IMG/VR virus record: IMGVR_UViG_3300021961_009334
Location: 1 to 63,244 of that record
DNA: 63,244 nt
Strand: one strand, 5' to 3'
Source: a virus
Taxonomy: Duplodnaviria; Caudoviricetes
Made by a program: the position numbers and the translations under genes. Below the pieces are notes generated by a model, which saw nothing but the letters and a program-made list of their open reading frames with translations, made no database searches and was not told where the DNA came from. Positions 8,359-18,601 of this stretch are shown in pieces. Position 1 is the first letter of the stretch; every line of letters starts with the position of its first letter.

Positions 8359-9528
8359 TTACTGTTTTTTGAATAACTGGTACTCTTTGTTGAGTTGTTC
8401 AGCAATAGCATCGATTTCTTCTTTGACTTTTTCTTTGTCTTTCAATGCTTTTTTCATTGGCTCTTTTTTGTCACCGTCTTTATCAAAATCTAAGTAGTCT
8501 GGCTTTGAATTTTTGGCTTCTTCAACTTCTTCTTCTTCTTCGCCCAACGGATTGTCGCCGTGTGTGGCTGAAGCAGGTCCCATGTCTTTGTTGGATACTT
8601 TGTTTCTTTTTAATTCATAGTCATCTTTGTCAAGATACTTTTCATCTGGTTGATTGTCAAATGCTTCTGCTTCTGGCTCTTCTCCTGGAACTTCTGCAGG
8701 TAAGTTAGCATCCATGTCTGGTGCTGGCATTTCCGGTGCAGGAGCATTCATTGAGGGTGATTGTTGAATGTTCATCTGTTGTGGATCAAGTCCAGCATTT
8801 TTTAAGATTGTCATAAGAGCAATAGAATCTTCCAATGAATCGGTTTGAATTCTGATACCCTCGTTCAGCGTTTTTTTATTGTTGTCAGTCATTGTTGATT
8901 CTCCCATAATTGACTTGGCAATGTCATGCCCTTTTTTGATTGTCTTTTTTGACAATGGTGGTTTGTCTTTGTACATCTTCATGGCTTTTGCCATTCCAAT
9001 TGCGTATGGTGATTGAGCCTTTTCTTCTACCTCTTCACCTTGGTCGTCACTCCTACGCTCACCTTCCATGTAAGCGTGTAACATTTTGATGATTTCATGA
9101 ACACCACTCAGTTTGTTCTGGAACCATTCTGGAAACTCTCCGCCTGCTTTGACGTTGTCTTCAATTTCGTCCACAGCGTATTTGATGAAAGCGATCTGAT
9201 TGTCCACCATTTCTGCTTCTGGTCGAGAAGCTGGTTGATCATATTCATCATCGTCTTCTTCAACACTTTCGTCTGTGCCATATTTTAATTCTTTTTGAAC
9301 TCTGTCCCAAATGTCTGCATGTTTTTCACCGTGTGCTTTGATAAATTCTTCTTTGCTCATTTCAGCTGCGTCTGCTTCCATGTCTAACAACCAATCTTTT
9401 ACACGACCTTCTTCAACATCATGTGCTTTTTTGTTGACGTAATCTTGGTATGATACTGGCTCTTCGATCAAGTTGACAGCAGAGAGAGCTTGCCTCATAA
9501 AATCAACGGTGCTTTTAGGTTCTGACAT
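8359..9528 (-). CDS. Acidic modular protein, putative prohead core/internal protein
   Basis: 389 aa, many VEE/LNE-type sites, EF-hand-like DFDKDGDKKE; TAAATA 5 nt upstream. Confidence 0.6.
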   Translation of the reverse strand: MSEPKSTVDFMRQALSAVNLIEEPVSYQDYVNKKAHDVEEGRVKDWLLDMEADAAEMSKEEFIKAHGEKHADIWDRVQKELKYGTDESVEEDDDEYDQPASRPEAEMVDNQIAFIKYAVDEIEDNVKAGGEFPEWFQNKLSGVHEIIKMLHAYMEGERRSDDQGEEVEEKAQSPYAIGMAKAMKMYKDKPPLSKKTIKKGHDIAKSIMGESTMTDNNKKTLNEGIRIQTDSLEDSIALMTILKNAGLDPQQMNIQQSPSMNAPAPEMPAPDMDANLPAEVPGEEPEAEAFDNQPDEKYLDKDDYELKRNKVSNKDMGPASATHGDNPLGEEEEEVEEAKNSKPDYLDFDKDGDKKEPMKKALKDKEKVKEEIDAIAEQLNKEYQLFKKQ

Positions 9529-9556
9529 ATAGGTATTTATAACAGAGTTTTACTCT

Positions 9557-10996
9557 TTATGCAATGCCGATTTGTGGTGATTTTGTAACTTGTTTGCCGT
9601 CAAAATCTATACCGCCAGTGATGGTAATGATTTTATCTTTTTCTTGTTTTTCTAAATCTTCTGCACTTTTAATTACAGTGTAGTTGAGCGTGTCTGGATT
9701 AAAAACCAAAATTGCACTGAATTTTTCTGTATCGCTGTCTCCTTTATATCTAGAAAACAACAGTTTAGAAAAATATGTAAGAAATTTAGTAAAATCAATA
9801 CGATTATTTGAGTCTATTATTGGATTTATATATTGTTTAACTTCGTCGTCTGTGATTGGATTATCCAATGTCACTTGGATAGCACTTTTTACAAAACTTT
9901 TTGTGTTGAATCGTTTTTTTGTGATAGATTCGTGTTTTTGTATCAGTCCGTTTATATAAGGTATGCTTCGATCATAAAAGTTTAATCTTTGTGGTTTGCG
10001 TTTGACATCATTGTATTGATAATCTTGTTTGGGCAATTCTTTAAAAAAATCATTTAATACAGATTGCCATTTGTTAGTCAATTTGCCTGTGTTGGCATCT
10101 GGCGGACTTAGTCTTCCACCTTTGTTTTTATCTCTAGAAGCTTTGAGTTCAAATTTGACACCACCCACAGTTTCTAAGTCTCCGGATCCGTCTGGTTTTT
10201 TTAATGGATTTCCTAACACAATTAAACCTATTTCGCCTGGCCCCCAATTACCTGCTTGTGCTTCAGGTTGCGCTCTAAATAATTTTTCTTTGAACTCATC
10301 AAAAATAGCCTTGTAATTAGGATGCACCATTTTTTCTATATTGCCAGTTCCTTGTTGAATCATTTTGCTGAATGGCACAATTCCTTGTTTAGCTTGTTTC
10401 AAAAACAACAACAATTGTTTTTTCTTTTTTTCATCCAACAGCAGTGGGTTATCAGGGTTCATAATGCTTCCTGTAAACATTGCACTAATGGTGTTTATCA
10501 AAGCTTGTTTGGCATTTTCTTTACTAATCAAATTTCTTTTTTCTCTAGAATTGAGTCTGCCTTTCTGAATTTCTAAGTCGTAATATCTTTTTATGGCGCT
10601 GGCGTTGTCTTGAATTTTATCAGACAAGTCTTCCACTGCTCCTGCGTAATTTTTTAAAAATTTTTGAATTTGTAATTTTATTTCATTTGCGGCTGCAGAC
10701 TTTTGATTTTTTTTAAATTGTTGTAAGACATTTTTTACTGCGCCTACTATGTTAGGATTTTCTAATTTTAAATCAGGTATACCTGCTAGTTGAGCCATTA
10801 CAGCATCTATTTCAGCATCTGTGGTCTCATACACTGCTTCTTGAGTGCGTCCAGTCACACTGGCAATAATTTTTTTAATAAAATTTAAAATTTTAGATTT
10901 GTTTGGGTCTGTGTCAGGTAGATTTTTTGCTGTTTGAGCCAAGTCCCCAATATCTTGTTTGGTAGATTCAACTATTCTAAATTCATACAATCTCAT
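9557..10996 (-). CDS. Putative PD-(D/E)xK nuclease-fold protein
   Basis: GPGEIGL...GSGDL...FELKAS; MRLYEF N-terminus. Confidence 0.5.
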   Translation of the reverse strand: MRLYEFRIVESTKQDIGDLAQTAKNLPDTDPNKSKILNFIKKIIASVTGRTQEAVYETTDAEIDAVMAQLAGIPDLKLENPNIVGAVKNVLQQFKKNQKSAAANEIKLQIQKFLKNYAGAVEDLSDKIQDNASAIKRYYDLEIQKGRLNSREKRNLISKENAKQALINTISAMFTGSIMNPDNPLLLDEKKKKQLLLFLKQAKQGIVPFSKMIQQGTGNIEKMVHPNYKAIFDEFKEKLFRAQPEAQAGNWGPGEIGLIVLGNPLKKPDGSGDLETVGGVKFELKASRDKNKGGRLSPPDANTGKLTNKWQSVLNDFFKELPKQDYQYNDVKRKPQRLNFYDRSIPYINGLIQKHESITKKRFNTKSFVKSAIQVTLDNPITDDEVKQYINPIIDSNNRIDFTKFLTYFSKLLFSRYKGDSDTEKFSAILVFNPDTLNYTVIKSAEDLEKQEKDKIITITGGIDFDGKQVTKSPQIGIA

Positions 10997-11130
10997 TTCT
11001 TCAATCCCTTACTGATGTCTTTTTTCAGTTGCACTTTGCCTTTTTTTACCTTAACTCGATACGGATAATTCAATACACTAGGGTGATAGCCTATCATTTT
11101 TGTATTCTTGTTTATCTCTCCCCATTTCAT
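10993..11130 (-). CDS. Small basic protein (MKWGEI start)
   Basis: TAAATA 4 nt upstream of ATG 11130; stop overlaps next start. Confidence 0.5.
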   Translation of the reverse strand: MKWGEINKNTKMIGYHPSVLNYPYRVKVKKGKVQLKKDISKGLKK

Positions 11131-11185
11131 AGTGTATTTAATCATACTTATTTTATTAACTAAGAGCATTGATTTTGTCTTTGAA

Positions 11186-11193
11186 TATAAATA
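11186..11193 (+). promoter_or_regulatory. T4-type late promoter TATAAATA for the plus-strand structural cassette
   Basis: Exact T4 late consensus upstream of SD GGGAG and ATG 11227. Confidence 0.7.
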
Positions 11194-11226
11194 TTCGTGA
11201 CATAGGTCATAGGGAGATATGAGAAC

Positions 11227-11463
11227 ATGACTGCTAAAAACTTTAGAGTTCATAACGGCATTGATGTTATGGGCACCACAATCAAAATCAACGACAATGT
11301 TATTGTCAAAGACTCTAGCGGAACTTTATTAGTAAGAAACGCATCAGATTCAGCGGCAGCCAATCTCACCGCAGCCACTGTGGCAGCAGACACTGTGACT
11401 ATTAACGGCATTACAGCTGCTACAACAGATGATGCCACAGCTTTGAGCATAGCATTAGGATAA
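11227..11463 (+). CDS. Small virion/tail-associated protein
   Basis: KNFRVHNGI start, DDATALSIALG end, A/T-rich. Confidence 0.7.
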   Translation: MTAKNFRVHNGIDVMGTTIKINDNVIVKDSSGTLLVRNASDSAAANLTAATVAADTVTINGITAATTDDATALSIALG

Positions 11464-11469
11464 TAAAAC

Positions 11470-11808
11470 ATGGCAAATACATTTTATAACAAATTTTCTT
11501 CACAAGTTGGTACAGCAGCTACAGATGTAGGTGGCTACTCAGTGCCTTCAGATTCATCAACCACAGTAGTGGTAGTTGGATGTTCAGTGGCAAACGTAAC
11601 AGCAACAGCTGTGAATGCCTCTGTTTCAGTTTATGACGGTGCAACAGAATACTTTTTAGTAAAAAATGCTCCTGTTAGTGCAGGTGCTTCACTGGTAGTT
11701 GTTGGTGGAGATCAAAAAATTGTGTTAGAATCAGGACATTCTATCAGAGTAACTTCATCAGCAAGTTCGTCATTAGACTGTGTAATGAGTATAATGGAGA
11801 TCACATAA
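11470..11808 (+). CDS. Small virion structural protein
   Basis: MANTF...LVKNAPVSAGASLVVVGGDQKIVLE...SIMEIT beta-rich. Confidence 0.75.
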   Translation: MANTFYNKFSSQVGTAATDVGGYSVPSDSSTTVVVVGCSVANVTATAVNASVSVYDGATEYFLVKNAPVSAGASLVVVGGDQKIVLESGHSIRVTSSASSSLDCVMSIMEIT

Positions 11809-13205
11809 TGTCTTACTTAGGATTGCTTCCTACTACTTCTTTAGATCTGCTGAGTACTTCGCAACAGACATTTACAGGAGATGGATCTACTAGATCTTTT
11901 ACTCTTGATCGTGCTGTTGGTACAGAAAACGATTTGCAGATACAAGTGGGTAACACTCTGCAGGCACCTACCACAGACTACACAGCAGTGGGCACAGCAT
12001 TGACTTTTGGTGCGGGAAAAGCTCCGTCAGCAGATGCATTAGTCACAGTGGTGTACAGAGCAGGCGCATTAGCCACGGTGACACTGGATACAACATCATT
12101 CAATCCTGGTTCTAGTGCAGCTCCTTCCATTAACCATGTGAATCAGTCTGCAACAGGAATCTACTTTCCATCTACATCAAGAATAGGGTTTTCAACTAAC
12201 GGAAATCTAAGAGTAGAAGTCAACAATGACTCAGTTTCTACTAACACTACTACTGGTGCACTAAGAGTTACTGGTGGTTTAGGTGTGTCAGGTGCTATCA
12301 ATAGTGCAACATTCAAAGCAGCTTCAAACACAGTATCTTCATCAACATCTACAGGCGCTATTGTTTCGGCTGGAGGTATAGGGTGTGCTGGAAATTTAAA
12401 CGTGGGCGGAGACATGTTAGTCACTGGTGACTTTGTTGTCAACGGAACTTTTACAACCACTTCAACAGATTCATTAGCAGTATCTGATCCATTTGTGTTT
12501 GTTGGTGATGGCAATGCTGGTGATTCGTTAGATTTAGGATTTGTTGTTGAATACACCGACGGCCAAAGTAGATATGGCGGAATATTTAGAGATGTTACTG
12601 ATCAAAAATTCAAACTGTTTGATAATCTCACAGTTGCACCCACAACCACTGTGGATACAACTGATTCGACATTTGCATATTCAGATATGGTATTAGCAAA
12701 TCTAGAAGTGACAGCTTCCACTGCTTCCACAAATACATCCACTGGTGCACTTATTGTAACAGGCGGTATTGCATGTGGCGGAAATTTAAACGTGGGTGGA
12801 TCAGGTTCACTCACAGCTACCACAGCTTACTATGCAGACTTGGCAGAAAAGTACACAGCAGATGCTGACTACGAGCCAGGCACAGTGGTTATGTTTGGTG
12901 GTGACGCAGAAGTCACACTGTGCAACACAGATTCATGCAAAAAGGTAGCAGGAGTTGTTTCCACAAGACCAGCACACTTGATGAATGCAGGACTTGAAGG
13001 AGACCATGTGATCGATCTGGCCTTATCAGGCAGAGTACCATGTAAAGTTAAAGGTCCAGTTGCTAAAGGTGATATGATGGTATCAGCAGGCGGCGGATAT
13101 GCCAGAGCAGAATCTAATCCTTCGATAGGAACTGTAATAGGTAAAGCATTAGAGGACAATGATTTAGAAGAAGCCACAATCGAAGTTGTGGTAGGGAGAT
13201 TATAA
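11808..13205 (+). CDS. Tail fibre-like protein with C-terminal intramolecular-chaperone-like domain
   Basis: FTGDGST N-domain; three TGAL.V.GG.G..GNL repeats; ADLAEKY...GRVPCKV.G...VIGKALE. Confidence 0.75.
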   Translation: MSYLGLLPTTSLDLLSTSQQTFTGDGSTRSFTLDRAVGTENDLQIQVGNTLQAPTTDYTAVGTALTFGAGKAPSADALVTVVYRAGALATVTLDTTSFNPGSSAAPSINHVNQSATGIYFPSTSRIGFSTNGNLRVEVNNDSVSTNTTTGALRVTGGLGVSGAINSATFKAASNTVSSSTSTGAIVSAGGIGCAGNLNVGGDMLVTGDFVVNGTFTTTSTDSLAVSDPFVFVGDGNAGDSLDLGFVVEYTDGQSRYGGIFRDVTDQKFKLFDNLTVAPTTTVDTTDSTFAYSDMVLANLEVTASTASTNTSTGALIVTGGIACGGNLNVGGSGSLTATTAYYADLAEKYTADADYEPGTVVMFGGDAEVTLCNTDSCKKVAGVVSTRPAHLMNAGLEGDHVIDLALSGRVPCKVKGPVAKGDMMVSAGGGYARAESNPSIGTVIGKALEDNDLEEATIEVVVGRL

Positions 13206-13206
13206 C

Positions 13207-13605
13207 ATGGCATATTTAGGAAATACACCAGCTAAAGGCGCATTTAGAAAGATGGATTCTATCCAAGCAACATTTGATGGATCCACTACACAATTTAATA
13301 TTTTAGTTGGCGGTAGTGCATATTCACCAAAGAATCAAAATGCAATTATAGCTGTATTGGATGGAAATTTGCAAGAACCAGGAGTTGACTTTTCTACAAC
13401 TGATGCAATATTTTCATTTACAACAGCACCTACCAACGGACAAACATTTTTCGCTCTCTTCTTAGGAGATGTATTAGACACTGGTGAACCTTCAGACAAC
13501 ACAGTGACCAATGCGAAAATTGCCGATAACACCATACAGCGTGGTAAGTTTTCGGCTTCATTAAACGGTAAATTACTGGGAGACAGTATAGTATTCGGAG
13601 TATAA
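13207..13605 (+). CDS. Tail-associated protein
   Basis: MAYLGNTP, FDGSTTQF, LDGNLQEPG, FTTAP. Confidence 0.7.
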   Translation: MAYLGNTPAKGAFRKMDSIQATFDGSTTQFNILVGGSAYSPKNQNAIIAVLDGNLQEPGVDFSTTDAIFSFTTAPTNGQTFFALFLGDVLDTGEPSDNTVTNAKIADNTIQRGKFSASLNGKLLGDSIVFGV

Positions 13606-13611
13606 AAAACA

Positions 13612-16600
13612 ATGGCAAGAAAACAAATAAGATATTATGTGTTTACACCAGGCGGAGTTGGACAAGGTACTGTCAAATTCTCTGGCACATATGAAAAGAA
13701 AGACGTGTTGGTTATATACAACACTACAGACAATATTAACATTTACAATTTTTCAGATGCAGGGTTAGGCGGAACTGTTTCAACTTCTCAGGAAGTTGAT
13801 TCTGATTTTCCACAATCACAGGATGGTATCACTACTATAACACTGGATTATAACACTTCATCTATGAGTGCAGGCGATGAACTGCTGATTTATGTAGAAA
13901 CAGCAGAATTTATCATTAAACCATACGACTTCGGTGTTGATGCTGTTGAGCGTATGAGGGTTTCAAATCCGGAAGCACTACTTGACGCTGACTTCGAATA
14001 CGGTCTCCAAAACACAAAATGGCAGTCAGTAGTTACAGTTTCTGATAGACCCGGACTGTATGAATTTGCTGGATCAGATCTCACACTAGCCGAAGCAGGT
14101 TATGTCACTCATCTTGCCGCTGACAATACCATTGGTTCTACTGGTGATACATCTATCGCTCTTTCCAACCAAGAAACAGGTGACACTCCATGGGCTAATA
14201 ATGATTATGCATTGATCAACACTGTCTCTGGCACAACCAACTATACTACAGCAGCTGTCTCTGGTGCAACCAACAGAACATTCTCTGTGGCATCCTCTAC
14301 AGGATTCACAGCAGGCGACTTTGTGATCATGTACGGAGATCCAGACTCAGGAGATTCTGCTTATGTTGGATCAACCATTGCTACAAACATCACATCCACA
14401 GGTACTACATCTGTGGTATTAGCAAATGGCACAGGTTTTTCAGATGGTGACTACATCATGGTGCAGACAGACACAGCGAATGTGTATGAGATCATGGCTG
14501 TATCTGCCAAGTCAGTAAACACATTGACTGTGACCAGACAGGTGAACGGTTCTAATGCCGCTGGAGCAAACATCACATCAGGTAACACAGCAAAAAGACT
14601 CAACAAGTTGGAGATCGGTAAGATCTTCTCAGTTGATTCTGCCACACAATTAACTATCAACAGAGGTCAGTATAACACCGAACCGCTAGCATCTTATTCA
14701 GCTGGTACTGTGATTGCAGAATTGTCTACCAGCAGAGAACTCATCAAACTAACTTCTACATCTAGAGCAGTAAACGGTGCCCAAACGATTTCAAGAGGTC
14801 AACTAGGAACTTCTGCTCTGTCTTCAGCAGGCGTTGGTTCATTAGTGATTTATATGACTGGTGTGTTTGATAACGGAAATGCTAACGTTCCTCAGATAGG
14901 TGTGCATGTGCCAGCTCATGGTATTGCAGCTGAAACATATATTAGTATCAACGAATTAGCAGACACAGATGCTAATGGTAGATATTTTATACACACATCA
15001 GAAACCAACTATTTCTTTTACTATCCAAAAAGATCCACTGGTCAAACAGCAGGCACGGTTTTGAATACCAATGCAACTTCTATTAGAAAAGCAGGTGTAT
15101 ACACCGGCGCGGCACTGGAACTGGCAGCATCAACTCCTATTGCGTCAGATGGTTCAACACCATCCACAATTACTATTACAACAAAGACAGCACATGGTAT
15201 GCAACCAGGTAACATTATATTAGTTCAGTTAAGTTCAGGAACCAATGCTCAATATGCAGAAGGTTCGTTTACCATCGAGACTATTCCAACTGTTACAACA
15301 TTCACTTACACAGCCAAATCAGGCGCCGCAGTGAGTGGCTCTTTGGCAGGCACAGTGATTGTTAAAGACAACACTTTCTTTGTACACAGACCATTCGATG
15401 GTGGTGTATTGATCGGAACAGGAACTCCATCACATGGATCATTGGCTTCTAGACAGTCAAGAAAATACTTTAGATATCAGTCAGGTAAAGGGTTAGTGTT
15501 CAGCACAGGTTCGATTTTGTGTCCAACTTTTGACATACAATCACTGTCATCTGACTCTACTGGTGCTAACCAAGCCAACATCACAGTGACTGTGGACAGA
15601 TATCATGGTTTGAATGCTGGTGCAACTGTTAACATTTCAGGTATAACCACAGCAGGATGGAACGGCGACTATGTGGTTGAATCTATTGTTTCAGACACAT
15701 CATTTATCATAGAAGCAACAACTCCATTGGATTCAACACAGCCAGAAATGGGTTCAGAGCCGAGAGCAACTGTGAAAAATTGGTATGGATCTTCTGTTCA
15801 ATTAGGTATATTTGATGATCAAAACGGTACATTTTTTGAATATGATGGCGTCAGTGTAAACGTGGTCAAAAGAAGATCTACTCTACAACTTGCAGGTGAA
15901 GTCAGTGTTGAAGCAGATTCAACTCTAGTAACAGGCGATGGTAACTGTAGATTTAGCGAACAGTGTAAAGTATCTGACCAAGTGATTATCAGAGGAATGA
16001 CACACACTGTTCAGCAGATCACAGATAACAACACTATGATTGTTTCTCCTAAATTCAGAGGAAGAAGAAATCAACAGAATGTTAAAATGACACTGATTGA
16101 AGAACAACGTATTCCACAACAACAATGGAACGTGGATAAATGTGACGGCACAGGTCCTTCCGGTTTTGTGTTAGATGTCACAAAGATGCAGATGTTTTTC
16201 ATCGAGTACACATGGTACGGTGCTGGTTACATCCAATATGGCATGAGAGGCCAGGGCGGTAAGTACCTACACTGTCACAGAATCAAGAACAACAACGTGA
16301 ACTACGAAGCATATATGCGTTCAGGTAACACACCTGTAAAATATACTGTGACCAACACAGCAGGAAGGACAAGACTAGTAGGTGATATAGCTTCTGGTGC
16401 TACATCGCTGACTGTTGCGGATGCTACACATTTTCCAACAGCCTCAGTGGCGAATCCCGTGTACATCGGTATCAACAACGAATTGATAAGATACACTGCT
16501 AAGTCAGGCAACAACTTAACTGGTCTAACACGTGGAACTTCTTTAACACAATGGTCAGATGGTCAATTGAGAACATTCAGCAAAGGAACATCAGCTGCTC

Positions 16601-17259
16601 ACGCAGATGGTGATGGTGTGTATCTAATAGGTAACACTTGTACACCGACTGTGTCACACTGGGGTTCGGCGTTGATCATGGACGGTGGTTTCCAAACAGA
16701 CAGAGGTTACAACTTCACAATCAACGTGCAAAACTTCTCAACTTCAGGTTCAGCAGATAGAACAATCATCGTGATGAGATTGGCTCCATCAGTTTCTAAC
16801 TCGATTGTGGGAGATATTGGTGATAGAGACTTAATTAACAAAGCACAGTTGCTTCTAAACTTCTTAAGAATCAACGTGTCAGGTCGAAGATATCTAATCA
16901 CAGGCGAATTGAACTCCACTAACATCGACGCAGAAGCCACACAATGGCAGGGATTAGACAACGAGGCGAACGGTTTCCAACCATCCTTCGTGCAGTATGC
17001 TGATCCAAACCAAGTAGCATGGACTGATGGTGGCATCGCAGCCACAGGTGGTGAGCGTGTGTTTGCGATACCGGTCAACACTACAAACTCTGGTACACTG
17101 GATCTGTCACAGATTAAAGAATTGGCAGCATCAGCTATTCCTGGAAGAAACGTATACCCAGACGGTCCTGAAACATTGGCGATTAATATCCGACCAACAA
17201 CAAGATCGGGTTCAGGTCAGTGTGACGTGCAGATATCATTCCAAGAAACACAAGCATAA
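13612..17259 (+). CDS. Large virion structural protein (tail fibre/baseplate-associated)
   Basis: 1215 aa S/T/G-rich beta protein; DADFEYGLQ.TKW, RYQSGKG, YTWYGAG motifs. Confidence 0.75.
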   Translation: MARKQIRYYVFTPGGVGQGTVKFSGTYEKKDVLVIYNTTDNINIYNFSDAGLGGTVSTSQEVDSDFPQSQDGITTITLDYNTSSMSAGDELLIYVETAEFIIKPYDFGVDAVERMRVSNPEALLDADFEYGLQNTKWQSVVTVSDRPGLYEFAGSDLTLAEAGYVTHLAADNTIGSTGDTSIALSNQETGDTPWANNDYALINTVSGTTNYTTAAVSGATNRTFSVASSTGFTAGDFVIMYGDPDSGDSAYVGSTIATNITSTGTTSVVLANGTGFSDGDYIMVQTDTANVYEIMAVSAKSVNTLTVTRQVNGSNAAGANITSGNTAKRLNKLEIGKIFSVDSATQLTINRGQYNTEPLASYSAGTVIAELSTSRELIKLTSTSRAVNGAQTISRGQLGTSALSSAGVGSLVIYMTGVFDNGNANVPQIGVHVPAHGIAAETYISINELADTDANGRYFIHTSETNYFFYYPKRSTGQTAGTVLNTNATSIRKAGVYTGAALELAASTPIASDGSTPSTITITTKTAHGMQPGNIILVQLSSGTNAQYAEGSFTIETIPTVTTFTYTAKSGAAVSGSLAGTVIVKDNTFFVHRPFDGGVLIGTGTPSHGSLASRQSRKYFRYQSGKGLVFSTGSILCPTFDIQSLSSDSTGANQANITVTVDRYHGLNAGATVNISGITTAGWNGDYVVESIVSDTSFIIEATTPLDSTQPEMGSEPRATVKNWYGSSVQLGIFDDQNGTFFEYDGVSVNVVKRRSTLQLAGEVSVEADSTLVTGDGNCRFSEQCKVSDQVIIRGMTHTVQQITDNNTMIVSPKFRGRRNQQNVKMTLIEEQRIPQQQWNVDKCDGTGPSGFVLDVTKMQMFFIEYTWYGAGYIQYGMRGQGGKYLHCHRIKNNNVNYEAYMRSGNTPVKYTVTNTAGRTRLVGDIASGATSLTVADATHFPTASVANPVYIGINNELIRYTAKSGNNLTGLTRGTSLTQWSDGQLRTFSKGTSAAHADGDGVYLIGNTCTPTVSHWGSALIMDGGFQTDRGYNFTINVQNFSTSGSADRTIIVMRLAPSVSNSIVGDIGDRDLINKAQLLLNFLRINVSGRRYLITGELNSTNIDAEATQWQGLDNEANGFQPSFVQYADPNQVAWTDGGIAATGGERVFAIPVNTTNSGTLDLSQIKELAASAIPGRNVYPDGPETLAINIRPTTRSGSGQCDVQISFQETQA

Positions 17260-17275
17260 TAAAAAATTTAAGAAG

Positions 17276-17302
17276 GGGCACAGGAAACTGTGCCCTTTTT
17301 TT
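17276..17302 (+). terminator. Rho-independent terminator between convergent operons
   Basis: GGGCACAG-GAAA-CTGTGCCC followed by T7. Confidence 0.9.
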
Positions 17303-17307
17303 ATGAC

Positions 17308-17583
17308 TTAATAAAATTCTTTAGGTAGATCATCAAAAGGTTGGTCACCACGGTAATCCATGTCCCAACCTCCACAGCCGACTTGTTCTAACAGATAATC
17401 AGGATATGCCATTGAAACAGATTCTGCCATCATCCGAGCAAAAGGTTCGTAGGCCAATGCTTGTTGACATTCTGCAAGTGTGTCAAAAATCATTGCTTCA
17501 TATCTAGGAGTTAATTTTTCCCCTTGTGGGCCAATCATTACAGCAGTGACCATATAAACAATGGTAGCGATTTTTTCTATCAA
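17308..17583 (-). CDS. Hypothetical protein, hydrophobic N-terminus
   Basis: 91 aa, two Cys, ATGA-coupled. Confidence 0.6.
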   Translation of the reverse strand: MIEKIATIVYMVTAVMIGPQGEKLTPRYEAMIFDTLAECQQALAYEPFARMMAESVSMAYPDYLLEQVGCGGWDMDYRGDQPFDDLPKEFY

Positions 17584-18068
17584 CGGATTCCCACGTGTGT
17601 GGCCCCCATAGCCTTGCCATCACGTGCGATTTTATTCATCTGCTTGATTATGTCGTTGAAATATCCTTCACGTTTGCCACCCTGAACAAATGTTGCTCCG
17701 CCTGGAGTTTGGTCCACTTCAGGTTCTTGTTTGGCAGATAGTTTGCCGATATGCTTTTGTAACCATTGAGTAGTGCGAGCAATAAATTCATCTATTGGAA
17801 CTGTGTCCTCTGCATCATATCCGATCACATCAAACACTTCATAAGCATTTGAGTTTGATAAGTTCAAATCATGTTCTGGATCATATTTTGGATTTTTAAA
17901 ATCATATGGGTTTTTGCCTGAACGATCAAAGTCTGTTCTATAAACTTCATCTTGAAACATGGGTTCGTCTCCAGTCACCATCATCCAGTATCCTCGTTTA
18001 GGGTCTTTTTTGTAGGCATGAAAACTCATGCTTTCGTCTAATTTATTAAAAAATTCCGTTAACTTCAT
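17580..18068 (-). CDS. Hypothetical protein (MKLTEF start)
   Basis: 162 aa, coupled. Confidence 0.65.
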   Translation of the reverse strand: MKLTEFFNKLDESMSFHAYKKDPKRGYWMMVTGDEPMFQDEVYRTDFDRSGKNPYDFKNPKYDPEHDLNLSNSNAYEVFDVIGYDAEDTVPIDEFIARTTQWLQKHIGKLSAKQEPEVDQTPGGATFVQGGKREGYFNDIIKQMNKIARDGKAMGATHVGIR

Positions 18069-18601
18069 GTTGCAAATGCTTTCTTTAATTGTGTAATCGT
18101 ATTATTTACATCGCCTGATTTATGATGAATACCTATGCCTCCTGCATTACGCCAAGATTTTATATTGTATCCAAAATCGTCGATCAATACATTAGGAGTG
18201 CCATCTGACTGCTGAGCATATCGACCTTTGTCTGCTGTGGCAGGCATGATTATAACTTGTGTAGGTTGAATAGGCAATTTGCTGATCCATTGTTTTTTTT
18301 GTTGAACTACTCTTTTGTCTCCCGCTAGTGCTTTACTAAGGATGATATATTTTCCACCAGTAATTGTTTTTATAGCAGACATTAGTTGAGGTACATCTGG
18401 TAGTACATCAAGGCTGGTCCAAAAATCCTTCTGTTTGGTAATTTGTTTTAACACAGCACTCACAGTGTCTTTGGAAGCGTCTTTCCAAGATGAAACACCT
18501 GCCATACTGTTAAAAGGACCATAAAAATCCGCTAGAACACCATCCATATCCACATACAAAATGGGTGTTTTAACCGTGGTTTCTAGTTCATACAAGTTCA
18601 T
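18065..18601 (-). CDS. HAD-family 5'(3')-nucleotidase-like protein
   Basis: LYVDMDGVLADF; LIDD...NIKSW..AGGIGI. Confidence 0.85.
   Translation of the reverse strand: MNLYELETTVKTPILYVDMDGVLADFYGPFNSMAGVSSWKDASKDTVSAVLKQITKQKDFWTSLDVLPDVPQLMSAIKTITGGKYIILSKALAGDKRVVQQKKQWISKLPIQPTQVIIMPATADKGRYAQQSDGTPNVLIDDFGYNIKSWRNAGGIGIHHKSGDVNNTITQLKKAFAT

Noticed and set aside
12161-17081. Minus-strand ORFs inside the structural cassette (and similar antisense ORFs throughout)
   Set aside because: Antisense shadows of long genes, with no motifs, SD or promoter
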